Shown: positions 51,305 to 64,000 of the stretch, piece by piece | Layout of the letters: every line of letters begins with the position of its first letter | How positions within the stretch are numbered: position 1 is the stretch's first letter | NCBI RefSeq assembly: GCF_018977255.1 | Contig: NW_024704743.1 | Coordinates: 69,070,001 to 69,134,000 of the forward strand | Length of the DNA stretch: 64,000 nucleotides | Reading direction: 5' to 3' | Origin: Callorhinchus milii | Taxonomy: Eukaryota | Made by a program: the position numbers and the translations under genes | Notes under the pieces: model-generated | The model's input: the letters and a program-made list of their open reading frames with translations, nothing else | Database searches by the model: none | Told to the model about the DNA's origin: nothing

Positions 51305-53010
51305 AACAACAACAACTTGGATTTATAGCGCGTCCTCCACCGAACTGCGTCTCAGCGCTTCGCAGTAACGGATCCCAGGACCGAGCCAGGGGGAGGGGGA
51401 GGAAGGTGACCAAAGGCGCGGTCGAAAAGAAAGGTCTTCAGCAGGGACCTGAAAATAGGAAGAGAGGGGGCGAGGCGAAGGGAGTGAGGGCAATTCCAGA
51501 GCCTCAGGGCATAGTGGCTGAAGGTACGGCCGCCGAGGGTGGAACAGAGGACTCAGGGGAAGAGGAGGAGGCCAGACCCAGAGGAACAAAGGCAATGGGT
51601 ACTGTTTTGAGGAGAGAGGAGGTCAGAGAGGTAGGGGGGTGCAGAGGAGTGCAGGGAATTGAATACAAGGGTGAGGATCTTGAAGTCGATCCTCTCTAGG
51701 ACAGGCAGTCAGTGCAGTCTGGCAAGGACTGGGGTGATTGGGGAGCGGAGTTTGGTGCAGGTGAGAATGTGGACGGCAGAGTTTTGAATGATCTGGATTT
51801 TATGAATGGTAATGGATGGGAGACCAGCGAGGAGGGCATTAGAGTAGTCCAGCCGTGAGGTGATGGACCAGGGTTTTAACGGCTTTCAGAGAGAGATATT
51901 AGCAGAGACGGGTGATGCATCGGAGGTGGAAGAAGGTGGTGATGGTGAGGGACCGGATGTGGGGGAGGAAGGATAATTGGAGGTCGAACCTGACGCCTAG
52001 GTTGCGTACGGGTTCAGAGAGTTTTAGGGGGAGATCGGGTAGGTGGAGGAGGTGAGAGCCATGAGATTTTATACGTTGATGCCAAAGAGTATGGCTTCCG
52101 TCTTGCAACATTCAGCTGAAGGAAATTTGCGCTCATCCAGCCCCTGAGATCTGACAGGTAGGCTGACAGCACATCAGGGGACTGGGGGTCGCAAATAGAG
52201 GTGGAAAAATAGAGTTGGGTGTTGTTTGCATACATGTGGACATGTAACCCATGTCTGCAGATGACATTCCCAAGAGGGAGCATGTAGATCAGAAAGAGTA
52301 GGGAGCCAAGGATGGATCCTTGGGGTACCCCGCAGGTAACTGGGTGAGAGCGGGAGGAGAAGCCATTTGTGCAGATGTACTGCTGGTGGTTTGTGAGGTA
52401 GGATTCGAATCAGGCGAGTGCGGTCCCACTGAGGTGGATGACGGAGGAAAGGCGGTGGAGGAGGATGGCGTGATCGACTGTGTCGAACTCAGCAGAGAGG
52501 TCCAGGAGGTCAAGGAGGCAGAAGGAGCCCTGGTCACAGATAGAGAGGATGTTGTTTGTGACTTTGACAAGTGCAGTCTCTGTACTGTGGGCGTAGTCTC
52601 TGTACTGTGGGGAGGACGGAAACTGGACTGGAATGGTTCGAAGAGGGAGTGGGAGGAGAGGTGTGCACAAAATTGATTGGCAACAACGCGTTCTAGGACT
52701 TTTGCGAGCAAGGGCAGGTTAGAAATGGGGCGGTAGTGGCTGGGGTTTGAGGGATCTAGGGAGGGTTTTGACAGCAGTTTTGAGGGGGGAGGGACTGATC
52801 CGTAGTAGGGAGACTGGTTGATGACGTCAGACAGCCAGTAGCCAGACGTCAGCCAGTAGTGGGCAGAGGAGGGGGAGCTGGGTGACCAGCAAGTTGGTAG
52901 GAGGGGGTCGAGGCAGCAGATGGTGGGTTTCATGGAGGTGATGGTGGGTGAGAGGGAGGAGGGAGAGATGGGGAGGAACGAATGTAGGATGGGGGTGGTG
53001 GTAGGAGCTG
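51305..53010 (-). mobile_element. L2-clade LINE, different subfamily, decayed
   Basis: ORF fragments [32 protein letters not shown] and YANNTQLY. (CAA)n tail at 51305, with a 3' stem-loop sequence unlike the other L2 copies. Confidence 0.9.
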
Positions 53011-54550
53011 ATGATGGGTAATACTCATGGCAGACTCATGGGTAATATAAGATTGAAAGACTGCCATGTAAGAAGGTTAAATCATTGAGTGTGGGACATA
53101 GTTAAAGGTGAGGATGCATGTAAGATGAGACACGTGGGGGCTGGGGTGGGGTGGGGTGGGGAAAGTAGGACACAACAATCATCTTGAAAATGATGAGAGA
53201 TCAAGGGTATATGGATTGAGCAATCAGGGACCAATTGTTGGGTTATAGTTGTTGGGTTGTGGTTGTTGGAGAATGACAATGCTTAAGATCAGTTGTTAAT
53301 AGAGTGGTTTGTGGATCAGTCGCAGATTGAGTGACCAAATTATTATATATTTTTTATCCCCAGGAAAGCGATCAGCCAATTAACTAACAACCAGGTTCCT
53401 ACTTGCTGCTAGGTAAGCGGAGGCGGGTGGAGTAAGGAAATGTTTCGCCCTGACCGAAAATCGAACCCAGATTCTCTCCCTTGCGAGATGAGTGCTCTAA
53501 CCACTAAGCTACAGGACTCCACCAGTAATGCACCAGCATTGAGGAAGGACTCTTCAGAAAGTAACTAAAATACTCCTTGTTTACTTGGTACATCTTAATT
53601 ATTTCTGAAGAAACCTTCAGAGCAAATGGTAGAAACAGCATAAGCTACTTTAGCTAACCAAGAGACACAACTAGAAAGTCCACTTAACAGCATGATGTTT
53701 AATTAGGTTTATTCCTTGGCTGCCTATGCCACTGGATTTCAAGTTACAGTTCCTGAGCCGCTTACTTCTAAGCACTGAAGTTTATTGGACAAAGAATTAT
53801 CATATTAAATCAATGCTACTCTAGTTAACTCACAGTAGACGTCACTTTTTCTTTCAAGGAAATGAGGAGAAAGTTATCCGGAGTTAATTATTTGTTTACC
53901 AAAATCAAAACAGCACTTGATGTTCTTATGTGAGAAATGTAATTTCATCAATGTTGAAAAAAATTGCAGATAATAATACAGTATCTGCAATGATGAGGAG
54001 AAGCAGGTGCATTTGAAGGAACTATCTATCCAGTCTACAAAAACAACAGCTTGCATTGTCTAGCGCCATTCCCGTGGGGTGGCATTTCAAAGCATTTTTG
54101 AATATTGTCTATTAAAGCCTATTGGAGTCTATTTCGCCCACTCACTCAAACCACACTGTTTGTGGGACACGACTGTGTGCAATTGGCTGCCGTGTTTCAC
54201 CAACAAAATAAAGTGTCAATTCACTTTACAGTATATTCTGTGAAGTGCTTTGTGTTGTCTTGAAGATGTAATAAGGCTTTATATTAAATGCAAGGACAAT
54301 TATTATCATTATAGAGCCACGAGTCACATGTGACTCATGAAGGATCTCGGTGTTGGTCACAATCACCTCAGCTTCAGCAGAAGCATGTATCTTCCTGCTG
54401 ACAATTTGCTTACAGAGACGTGTACATGGCTATTTAAACCTTATATGTATATGGGAAAAAAAATATTGTCAGGCTTTTGAATATTCAATTGAAATAGTCA
54501 TGTAAAATAATATTCTAAAATATGCGTTTCGCCCACAGTCAATTTGAGAC

Positions 54551-56337
54551 ATAGAATCATAGAATCGTACAGCACAAAAAGAGGCCATTCGGCCCATCAA
54601 GTCTGTGCAGGCTCTTTGAGAAGAGCAATGTAATGTCATTCCCACTCCCCAGCCTTTTCCCCATAACCCTGCAAACCTGTCCTCCTCAAATACCCGTCCA
54701 CAGCATTTTTAAAAGTAGTTATCGAATCGGCCTCCACCACCCTTTCAGGCAATGACTTCCAGATTCGAACAACTCGTTGCGTGAAAAAATGTCTTCTCAC
54801 CTCCCCTCTGCTTCTTTTAGATACTATTTTGAATCTGTGACCTCGAGTCACCGACACACCCACCAGTGGAAACAGTTTTTCCCTTTCTAACCTATCAAAT
54901 CCCCTCATGATTTTGAAAACCTCTATTAGGTCTCCTTGTAACCATCTCTGCTCCAATGAGAATAATCCCAGCCTCTCCAGCCTTTCCTCATAATCAAGGT
55001 CCCTCATCCTCGTAAATCTCCTCTGCACCCTTTCCAATGCCTCAACATTCTTCCTATAGTGTGGTGCTCAGAACTGGGCGCAGTATTCTAGTTGAGGCCT
55101 AACCAGTGTTTTATATAGTTAATCATAACCTCCTGACTCTTGTACTCTATGCCCCTATTTATAAAGCCTAGTATCCCATATGCCCTTTTTACAGCTTTAT
55201 CTACCTGCCTTGCCACCTTCAAGGATTCATTTACCTGCATCCCCAAGTCTCTCTGTTCTTTTACCCCCCTTAAGATTGTATTATCTGGCCTGTATTGCCT
55301 CCCCTCATTCTTTCTATCAAAATGCATTACCTCGCATTTCTCCACATTGAAATTTATCTGCCATGTATCTGCCCATTTTACCATTCTGTCTGTGTCTTCC
55401 TGCAGTTGGCTGCTATCTTTCTCACTATTTACCATCCTACCTGACTTTGTGTCATCCGCAAACTTGGAAATGGTACTTGCTATACCCAAGTCCAGATCAT
55501 TTATGTATATTAAGAAGAGCAGTGGTCCTAATACCGATCCCTGGGGGACGCCACTGTACACTTCCCTCCAGTCAGAAAAGCAGCCGTTCACCACAACTCT
55601 CTGCTTTCTGTCTCCCAGCCAATTCTGGATCCATGCTGCCACTGTCCCTTTTATACCATGGGCTTCTATCTTTCTTACACGTCTTTCATGTGGCACTTTG
55701 TCAAATGCCTTTTGAAAGTCCATATAAACTACATCAACTACACTACCTTTATCCACCCTCTCCGTTACCTCATCGAAAAATTCTAATAGATTTGTTAGAC
55801 AAGATTTGCCTTCAACAAATCCATGTTGGCTGTCCCTAATTAACCCATATTCTTCTAAGTGAAGATTTATTCTGTCCCGGATTGTAGTCTCCAGGAGTTT
55901 CCCCACTACTGATGTTAGGCTGACTGGCCTGTAGTTCCCAGGTTTGTCCTTCTGTCCCTTTTTGCACAGGGGAGTCACATTGGCTACTCTCCAGTCTTCT
56001 GGCACCACTCATGTGTCCAACGAAGATTGAAAAATTGTAGACAAAACCTCCGCTATTTGTACCCGTGCCTCCCATAGTAACTTTGGCTGCATCCCGTCCG
56101 GACCGGGTGACTTATCTACCTTCAGCCCAGTCAACCTTTTCAGTACTTCCTCTCTGTTTATACTTATCCTATCCATTTCCTCTACCCTCTCCTCCGATAT
56201 TGCGGCATTTGGTGCATCCACTTTTGTGAAAACAGATGCAAAGTACTCGTTCAGCACATCAGCCATGCCCTCTGCCTCCACAATAAGATTTCCCCCTTGG
56301 TCCTTAATTGGCCCCACCCTACCTTTCACTAACCTTT
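54551..56337 (-). mobile_element. CR1-clade LINE, 5'-truncated, frameshifted ORF2 (reverse transcriptase)
   Basis: ORFs 56009..56329, 55088..56008 and 54636..55037 carry [74 protein letters not shown] and FFTQRVV. The 3' tail is (ATTCTATG)n, seen on + as catagaatcatagaat at about 54550. Confidence 0.95.
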
Positions 56338-56555
56338 TTTTTCATGTCTCAATGACATGATGAGGCTATATCAAATGCAAGGATTTTTATTATTATTATT
56401 ATTCGTCTGAATAATCGAACCAAATGAGTATACTTAATTGCTACATGTTTTTTGAGTGACAATATAATGACGTAGATTTGTATATTAAACACACAATCCC
56501 CACAAACTATTTTTAACTTGAACCTCGTGATGTTGCTACTCTGTCCGTATGTAAT

Positions 56556-56925
56556 TAATAATAAATAATAATAATCCTTGCCTTATCACAACTTCTAGAC
56601 ATCTCAAAGCGCTTCACAGAATATACTGTAAAGTGAATTGACTGTATATTTTGTGGACATTAGCAGCAGCCAATTGCGCACAGCAGTGTCCCACAAACAG
56701 TCTTGCATTGAGTAACCAAATTATTTTTATTTATTTTGAAGGATTTATTTCCCCTGGAAAAGCGATCCGCCAATTGACTAACAACCGGGTTCCTACTTTT
56801 TCCTAAGTGAACAGAGGCATGTGGAGTAGGGAAACTTGCTCAACGATTTGCCCTGCCCAGAATTGAACCCAGGTCCTCTCGCTTGCGAGGCGAGCACTCT
56901 AACCATTAAGCAGCTACAGGACTCC
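56556..56925 (-). mobile_element. tRNA-derived SINE, long form
   Basis: Full length with the central segment. Further long-form copies or pieces lie at about 3649-3912(-), 7410-7641(+), 37995-38170(-) and 53308-53520(-). Confidence 0.9.
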
Positions 56926-57808
56926 ACAATTGGGTGTCAGTTAAATACTAGCAACTTACACGTGCAACAGTACAAGCATCAATTGCTTGATAACAAAATT
57001 ATATCTGAAATTAATAAATTATTGTGTAATCCATGCAATTTTGAGTGTGGAATATTTGAAAATGCCCAGTGTTTGACGTACACATATATACAATGTCTTT
57101 GTTGTAGCGACTTCACATGTCTCTGGTGTAACATTCTCCGACTGGTGTGGCTCACACTGTTGTTCATGTGCCATACATGTGGGTCAGAACAAATCTGGGT
57201 TCGGCAACGCTGTTCTACAACTATCTTCCAAAACCACTTTATCTTAATACCTCTCTAGCCAAGTTTAAAAGTGTCTAAAATGTATCTATTTATCTGGGAC
57301 TTTGGTCAATATCTTTACAATCCCAAATTCCCTGCTTGGTGTCCACCACTATATTTGCCAAGCTCCTTGAGACATTTTTACATGAGATGTGTCAAACAAA
57401 AACAAGTTGTCGTAGAATGAAAAAAGGAGTCATAAATGTTTCAATGAGAGGGATGGGCAGAGAAAACTGGAGCATAAAAATTTACATTAATAATACAATA
57501 TATATTTTGCAGACATTCTAATCCAACTGATCTGTTCAACCTGCCTTGTCTGCGAATTTGTCTTTGATCTGTTTCATGTATTCCATTCATTCTGCTATCT
57601 TTAAGTGTATTACTTATACTATGTATGTCACATCCAACATCATTCACCCACAAAATATACAGTCACTCCACTTTACAGTATATCTTGTCAAGCGCCTTGA
57701 GAATTCCTCTCAATGTGAAAGGTACTTTATCATATATGAGAATTATTATTATCCACTGAATCTGTTCAGTTTATGAAGCCTTATGGAAGCTTCAGAACAT
57801 TTTTTTAA

Positions 57809-57940
57809 ATGACTAAAGGTCATCGACCAGAAACATGAACTCACTTTCCTCTCTCCATAGATGCTGCCTGACCTGTTACATGTTCCCAGAAATTTCTGTT
57901 TTTATTTCAGATTTCCAGCATCTGCAGTATTTTGCCTTTT
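57809..57940 (+). mobile_element. Short interspersed repeat of the type seen in sharks, probably from a Penelope-like element terminus
   Basis: aaggtcatcgaccagaaacatgaactc...ctctccatagatgctgcctgacctg...ccagcatctgcagtattttgc resembles a repeat I recall as abundant in chondrichthyans; it begins with a damaged hammerhead-like core. Confidence 0.55.
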
Positions 57941-60133
57941 GAGCATTATAATAAGGCTCACTGTAATTGTTTGTTATCTAGCCTCAACTCACAGTGCGGA
58001 TCAAAATATTATCACTAGTCTTAATACAAGTGTAGCCTGAGTGCATGATACACTGGCAATTGACACCCATTTGTTAAACTGGTCAAGGGCACATGATCAA
58101 ACCAATCGCCAATGCAGAGTTAGCTCCACTATTCCCTCTACTCATCAGTAAATATTCTTTGCTGGTTGGTCTGTTTACAAACCAAAATCCCTTTTACCCT
58201 CACATAGATTAAATCAATATATTTACTGATAAGTGGAGAATTACTCTTTATTGTCAATGTAGTTTCCCCAAGGAGGGGCAAAGTCATTGCTTAATGATAA
58301 GCAATTTGCCTTTATTGCTTTGTTAACGTCATTGAAAACACATTGAAATTGTACCTTGGTCTCGATTTACTCTATTTATGTAACATTTTAGAGTGTCAAA
58401 ATATGACAAACTGTTGATCTCGGTCTTAACTTAGAAGTAGATTTTCAGTAATTCTTAAAATAACTAACGCTGCCCTCAAATCTCAAATTTAACATCACCT
58501 TGAAAGTTTACTTACCAAATCTATAATAGCCAGCCCTAAAGCTGACCCACACAGTGACGTTCCCTTGCAGTCTGTAAACAAAACTGAGGAACTACAAGGT
58601 AGGTTCACTTTACACACTTCACTTTGTCATTTCAAGTATGCAGACTTTGCTGAAGACTATTATTTTCTCCCCCATGATAAAACTCTCTATTCCTTCAAAA
58701 ATTTGTATTTGTTTTCTTTCTTTCAATGCTTTAACAATTTCTGTATTCACTACTCTAGCTGCCACTGTTTTTCATGTGTTAAAAGCTCTAAGGTGACGTA
58801 ATTACTCAGTAAGTTTGGGTCAAGCGTTCCACAAATTATACACAATACAAAATTATTTATATAGTGCCTTTCGTGTCAGGAGGACTTCTCAAAGGATTCT
58901 GGATGGGCATGTGAGCTGGGGATGGGAGTGAGGGGGAAGGGGAGGGGAAAGATGACCAAAAGTGTAGTCAAACTGAGGCATTTTGAGATGTTCCTTGAAA
59001 GAGGGGAGAAAGGGAAAGTAAGTCAAAGGGACTCTTGGGATGGAGAGAGGGGGCAGAAGGCTGGAAGTCTGCCCACTGATGGTGTGTCAGATAGGATGGG
59101 GACAAGAAGTAGGCCAATGCTCGCTGAGCAAAGAAAATGGCCAGATCAGTAGGGTTGAAGCAGAAGTAGGGTGGAATGAGATCATGGAGGGATTTAAAAA
59201 CAAGTACAAGAATCTTGTGCTCGATCCACTGGGAGATGTATGTGTTTCTTGATTCAAAATCGGGTTTCACTCTATATTCATCACACAGATACTTTTAAGT
59301 GATTCATTGTGATTAAAACAAATTGAATTATGTCTACCTTTAGTCAGTTTCCAATGAAATATATTTAGTTTCCATACCTTTTATTTATAGCTCATTGATT
59401 CCAAATCTTGTACCATCACTGTTGCCCTTCTTTGAACTCTCTCTAATGTTTTCAGTTTATCATAAGTACAGTGAACTGAATTGCAGTATTCTGTGTAGGT
59501 TCACCAGGGCGCTATTGTCTGCTGCCGCATATGAATTGATTTATGTACCCCAACATTGCTTACATGCATTAATTTAATCTATTTTATCACTGATAAACAT
59601 ACTACTTTATATTTCAATAATAAATGATAATACCAACATCCATCTCATCTATTAATTCTTGTGTCCTCAAAGAATTTAGGTTAGGCACGAGGTTGCCATT
59701 TCATAAAATGGTATAACTCTTATCTTCAAGAGATATTATTCCAAACTAGCTACACAACTCCAAATTAGTAACCTGCAGTTAGTTGTGAAGGTTTCTTCAT
59801 CCTTGTGTATACTCAGTTAATCTCTGCTGCTTGCAAATTTACTCATGTTCATCCTATTCCAAAGAAAGACATGCACTCTTATCCTTCGAACTAGCAACCT
59901 TTTGGGCTTGCATTTCTATTTTGTAAATCACAAAAAACTGTCATCAACTCACACATTTTCCCTGAGTGTGAAAGTTTTGTTCAAATCCGTGATCTCCAGT
60001 ATGGCTTTCAGCATGATCAGTTCAATGGTAAAATAGTAAAATCTCTGCCTTCATTACACTTTTGACACTACTCTTTGGAAAATATTCTGACTCATCTTTG
60101 GACAGGATCTGGCACCATTCACTTGTGTCAGTA

Positions 60134-60520
60134 TGTCAGCCTGGCTCAGTTGGTAGCATTCTCGCCTCTGAGTTGGAAGGTTGTGGGTTCAAGCCCCACA
60201 TTGGGACTTTTAACTCATGTGGACTAGGCTGCCAATGCAGTGCTGAGGGTGTGCTGCATTGTTGGAAGTGCCATCTTTAAAGATCCTGTGGCACTATTCA
60301 AAAAGAGAAGGGAGTTTCTTCTGGTGTTCTGGCCAACCATCCCTTAAATAAAATTGGTCACTCACTCCATGGCTGTTTGTGGGACGTTACTGTCAGCTAA
60401 TTGGCTGATGTGTTTGCCTACAAAATATAGTCACAACACTTTATAATATATCCTGTGAAGTTCTTTGAGATATCCTCCCAATGTAAAAGACACAATATTT
60501 AAAGTTAAGATTATTATCAT
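60134..60520 (+). mobile_element. Deu-domain SINE (SacSINE1/AmnSINE-like)
   Basis: tRNA-like head tgtcagcctggctcagttggtagc...gggttcaagcccc, then aaagatcctgtggcactattcaaaaagagaagggagtttcttctggtgttctggccaa (recalled Deu-domain core), then the body and tail shared with the tRNA(Ala) SINE. Confidence 0.8.
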
Positions 60521-62884
60521 CTTATTGCACCAAAGCTATATTTCTAGGTAGCTGCATTCCTCTCAAAGCACTCTATTCAGGTTCTTCGTGACTTAATTAT
60601 TTCTCCCACTTTGTTTCTCCCCATTAAATAACAGAAACAGGCTATTTATCCCATCATGTCTGTGCTGGAGCTTTACTCCACATTAAAACTACCTTGTGTA
60701 ATCAGCTCTCAAATTATGTGTCACCTTCAAAAATTCTAACTTTCCCCTACCTAATGATTACTAGGATGGTTCAGCATTGCCGTTCCATTAGTGAAATCTT
60801 TGTCTGGGTTAAACACTTTTGAAACTCTACTCTTGATCAATCTACTCTTCATAACATGAGCACCACCTCCACTCATCATACAACTGATGATTTCATTCTA
60901 TATTCACTATCTTTCTTCAGACTGCATACTCCCATCGTACCACGCTTGCATTGCAAATAATTAAAACAATAAACCTGATCCACTCTACGCTTTTGATGAG
61001 AATGGTAATCTTGTTTCTTTTATTTTTTAAGAGTTGCGATTTCCTCACACCTTTCAGAAGTCCAATCAACAACTACCTCCTTTTACTTTCACTTTCAATC
61101 TTCCTTATTTATTATTTTTCTGAGGTTCACTGCCTCCTGAAGTATAATTCTCACATCACCTCCAAAAAGCATGATTTGTGAAAAAAAAGTTTCTTTCCCT
61201 CTCAGCAATTCTTACCACAACTCACATTTATCTGATGGTTCTTTACATTGGGTAGCTTCTTGGAAGCCTTATAATCTATAAAGATCAGGTTTGGACAAGA
61301 TTTAAGTGCTGCTTAAATATCAGGGGAGGTTATTTTAAAACCTTTCTTGCACAATTGGACAAAATAAAAGAAGACTTGGTTGATAAATGATCCTTCTCTC
61401 ACCTCTCTATTGTAATATTTCTTGTTTTTGTGTTTTAGTACAGCCATTGCTTCTCCAAATATTCCTCCAGATTTCATCACAGTCTCAATTATATAAATCC
61501 CCCATTCCTCCTATATTAAAGTAAAANCCCACTGCACTGTGTCCCACTGTAACTCATTGAATAATGCTGCTGGAAAGGCGATCCTGCATTACGTCATTTG
61601 CTTATTGGCGTGGAAGGATATAATTCTTTGGTATCTAAGAATGCTGCCTTATTGCAATGTGATTAACATGAAAGAGCACAATTCAATTCTATAGGAGCCA
61701 GAAGAAAAGTAATCTCATGGGAAATGTAGTATTACCAGTGAATGTGAGAATGGTTCATACCTGCCAAATATAGACCTATTTAAGTATGACCTCAAAAATG
61801 GGAAAACTGATGGAGTCAATCAAAAGAAAGAAAATGGAGAATTATCTGTACACAAATAACCTAAAAAATGACAGCCAGCATAGGCTCAGATAGGTAGATT
61901 TTGTTTCATCAACTTGATAGACTTTTTGTTTTCAGGAAGACAGCTCAAATTGACCATGGGAAACCATATGATCTAGTGTACCTAGATCTTCAAAATGCAT
62001 TTGATGAAGCACTGTTTGAAAATACTCCTTCACAAACTGCTGTCATTGGACATCGAAAGCAAGATATAAAACTGGCTTCATTTGCTGAATGACCTGCTCT
62101 GTTCCTATGATGCTAACTGGCTATGACATCCAAGGTCAAGAATATTGAGTTTTACAACAAAATATGAAGAAGATAAAAAAAAATTAATTGACCAGTGACA
62201 GAGAGTAACACATAGCCCTAAATATGACATTGATGTGAAGTAATTGGGAAATACCCTAATGGTTAAATTACTGTGCACTTTGATGCTAGCTGTCCCATTT
62301 CAGTTACTGTTTGTATCAGTTAAAACTTGTATTACTATGTTTAACGCTCTGTTTGTTCACCAGCTGTTATTTTGTCTGCTTATAGTTGTTATGTTGTGTT
62401 TCCACATAGTCTGTTGATAACTGCATTTGTGCTTTTGCCTAACACTGCATTACACACTAGAATAGTCATGTCACCAACCATCTCCGATCTTGACTTTGCC
62501 AATGTCATCAGGATAATAAAACACATTTTTGTTGGTCAAGATGTCTTTACATATTTTATTTATAAGGATTGTTCGGCGAAATTAATTCAGATCATATCAG
62601 CAAAATAGCAAAGAATGTCACTGAAGATGATATTTATTTCCCCAAAGTATTAATTTGATCTGAGTCTCCATCCTTCCAGTACATCTTTGACTCTTTCGTC
62701 AGCTCTTTATGATAACTTGATCTTTACACTAAAACTGTCAGGCTTCCATGATACAGACAGTCTGATATTTTTCATTCCTCGCACCTACTCTATTCCTCTC
62801 TAAACAGCTAGTCTTTCATTTTTGTCATGCCAATTTCAAAACTGGCTTAACCCTGCTGACCAGTGTATGGTTATCATTGTATTC

Positions 62885-63205
62885 GAATCCTGTAGCTCAG
62901 TGGTTAGAGTACTTGCTTTGCAAGCAAGAGACCTGAGTTCAATTCCCGGCAGGATGAAACCTTGGACAAGTTTCCTTACTCCACACGCCTGATAATAATT
63001 CCTCAAGAAAAAAAGACAATAATAAATTGGTCACTTCAGTCCACGACTGTTTGTGGGACACTGCTGTGCGCAATTGGCTGCCGCATTTCGCCCACAAATA
63101 TACAGTCAATTCACTTTACAGTCTATTCTGTGAAGCTCTTTGAGAAGTCTAGAAGACTTGAAAAGCGCTATATCAAATGCAAGGATTATTATTATTATTA
63201 TTATT
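62885..63205 (+). mobile_element. tRNA(Ala)-derived SINE, short form
   Basis: tcctgtagctcagtggttagagtacttgctttgcaagc...atcaaatgcaaggattattattatt. Confidence 0.92.
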
Positions 63206-63405
63206 CCACAAGGCTGAATAAGAACCCACCAATGTTTTTTTTCCCCTATTTACTCTTTGAAGATGATCTTACATTAAACACAAAAATCAAGAGATACCAC
63301 CTATCTTACCCTAGTGAATGTTTCTTGAATCTTTATTCAAAATAGGAATCACACATATTTGCTTTTAGTCTTTTGAATCCTCCCCAGTGGTATTTGACTA
63401 CCTCG

Positions 63406-63621
<216 letters not shown>

Positions 63622-64000
63622 AGTGCTTCACAAATCTCCTTCCTTTCTAAGTAACCTGGGGTGCAGTTCATCCACCCTGGTGATTTCTTTTGGTTTTAAA
63701 CTCCATGAGCCTATGTAGAACATCAGCATCATATTCCCCTTCAAGAGGGAACTAGACAGCTACTGTTCTTTTAAAGAGGCAGCTGGAGTAGTATAGGGGA
63801 ATGGGAAATGGGCAGTTATGTGGAACTGAAAGCGTTGCTCTTGATATGATGGGCCGAATGGTCTTCTACTGTGCATTGGATTTCGATGGTTCCTCTGTAT
63901 CAATACTACAGTTTACGGAGCAGTTTCAATTGCTACAACATGACAACCTCATACAGCATCAGCAAATTTAGAATAACTGTTAAATTCATTAACTTTCTTT

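Noticed and set aside
52575..52611. 20-bp-period tandem duplication (agtctctgtactgtggg twice)
   Set aside because: Ordinary slippage inside a dead L2.
55140..55839. Plus-strand ORFs of 191 and 158 aa
   Set aside because: Antisense shadows of the CR1 reverse transcriptase region.
61527..61527. Single N base
   Set aside because: An assembly ambiguity with no biological meaning.

Overview
Eukaryotic, repeat-rich, mostly intronic DNA from a vertebrate, most likely a cartilaginous fish and possibly a chimaera (inferred only from the repeat content). The only host gene is HECW1 (NEDL1, a C2-WW-HECT E3 ubiquitin ligase) on the minus strand. Four internal coding exons were read with canonical AG/GT boundaries: 36555-36662, 19096-19190, 8534-8609 and 4538-4707. 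They splice into one open frame covering the HECW N-terminal domain and the start of the C2 domain; the flanking exons appear to lie outside the window. The introns hold decayed L2 and CR1 LINEs, a young tRNA(Ala)-headed SINE (long and short forms), older Deu-domain SINEs, a hAT-type MITE and a (TGTC)54 microsatellite. Most ORFs in the supplied track come from repeats or are spurious. I found no convincing new multi-gene system. The best leads are small: a covarying 3' stem-loop shared by L2 and both SINE families, SINE module shuffling, an inverted SINE pair bracketing an in-frame two-exon block, a 37-nt U2 snRNA fragment, a decayed hammerhead-like motif, two unexplained hairpins, local templated duplications and an LTR-like segment with paired RBPJ motifs. 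Repeat boundaries are approximate, and family names come from recall rather than a database search.
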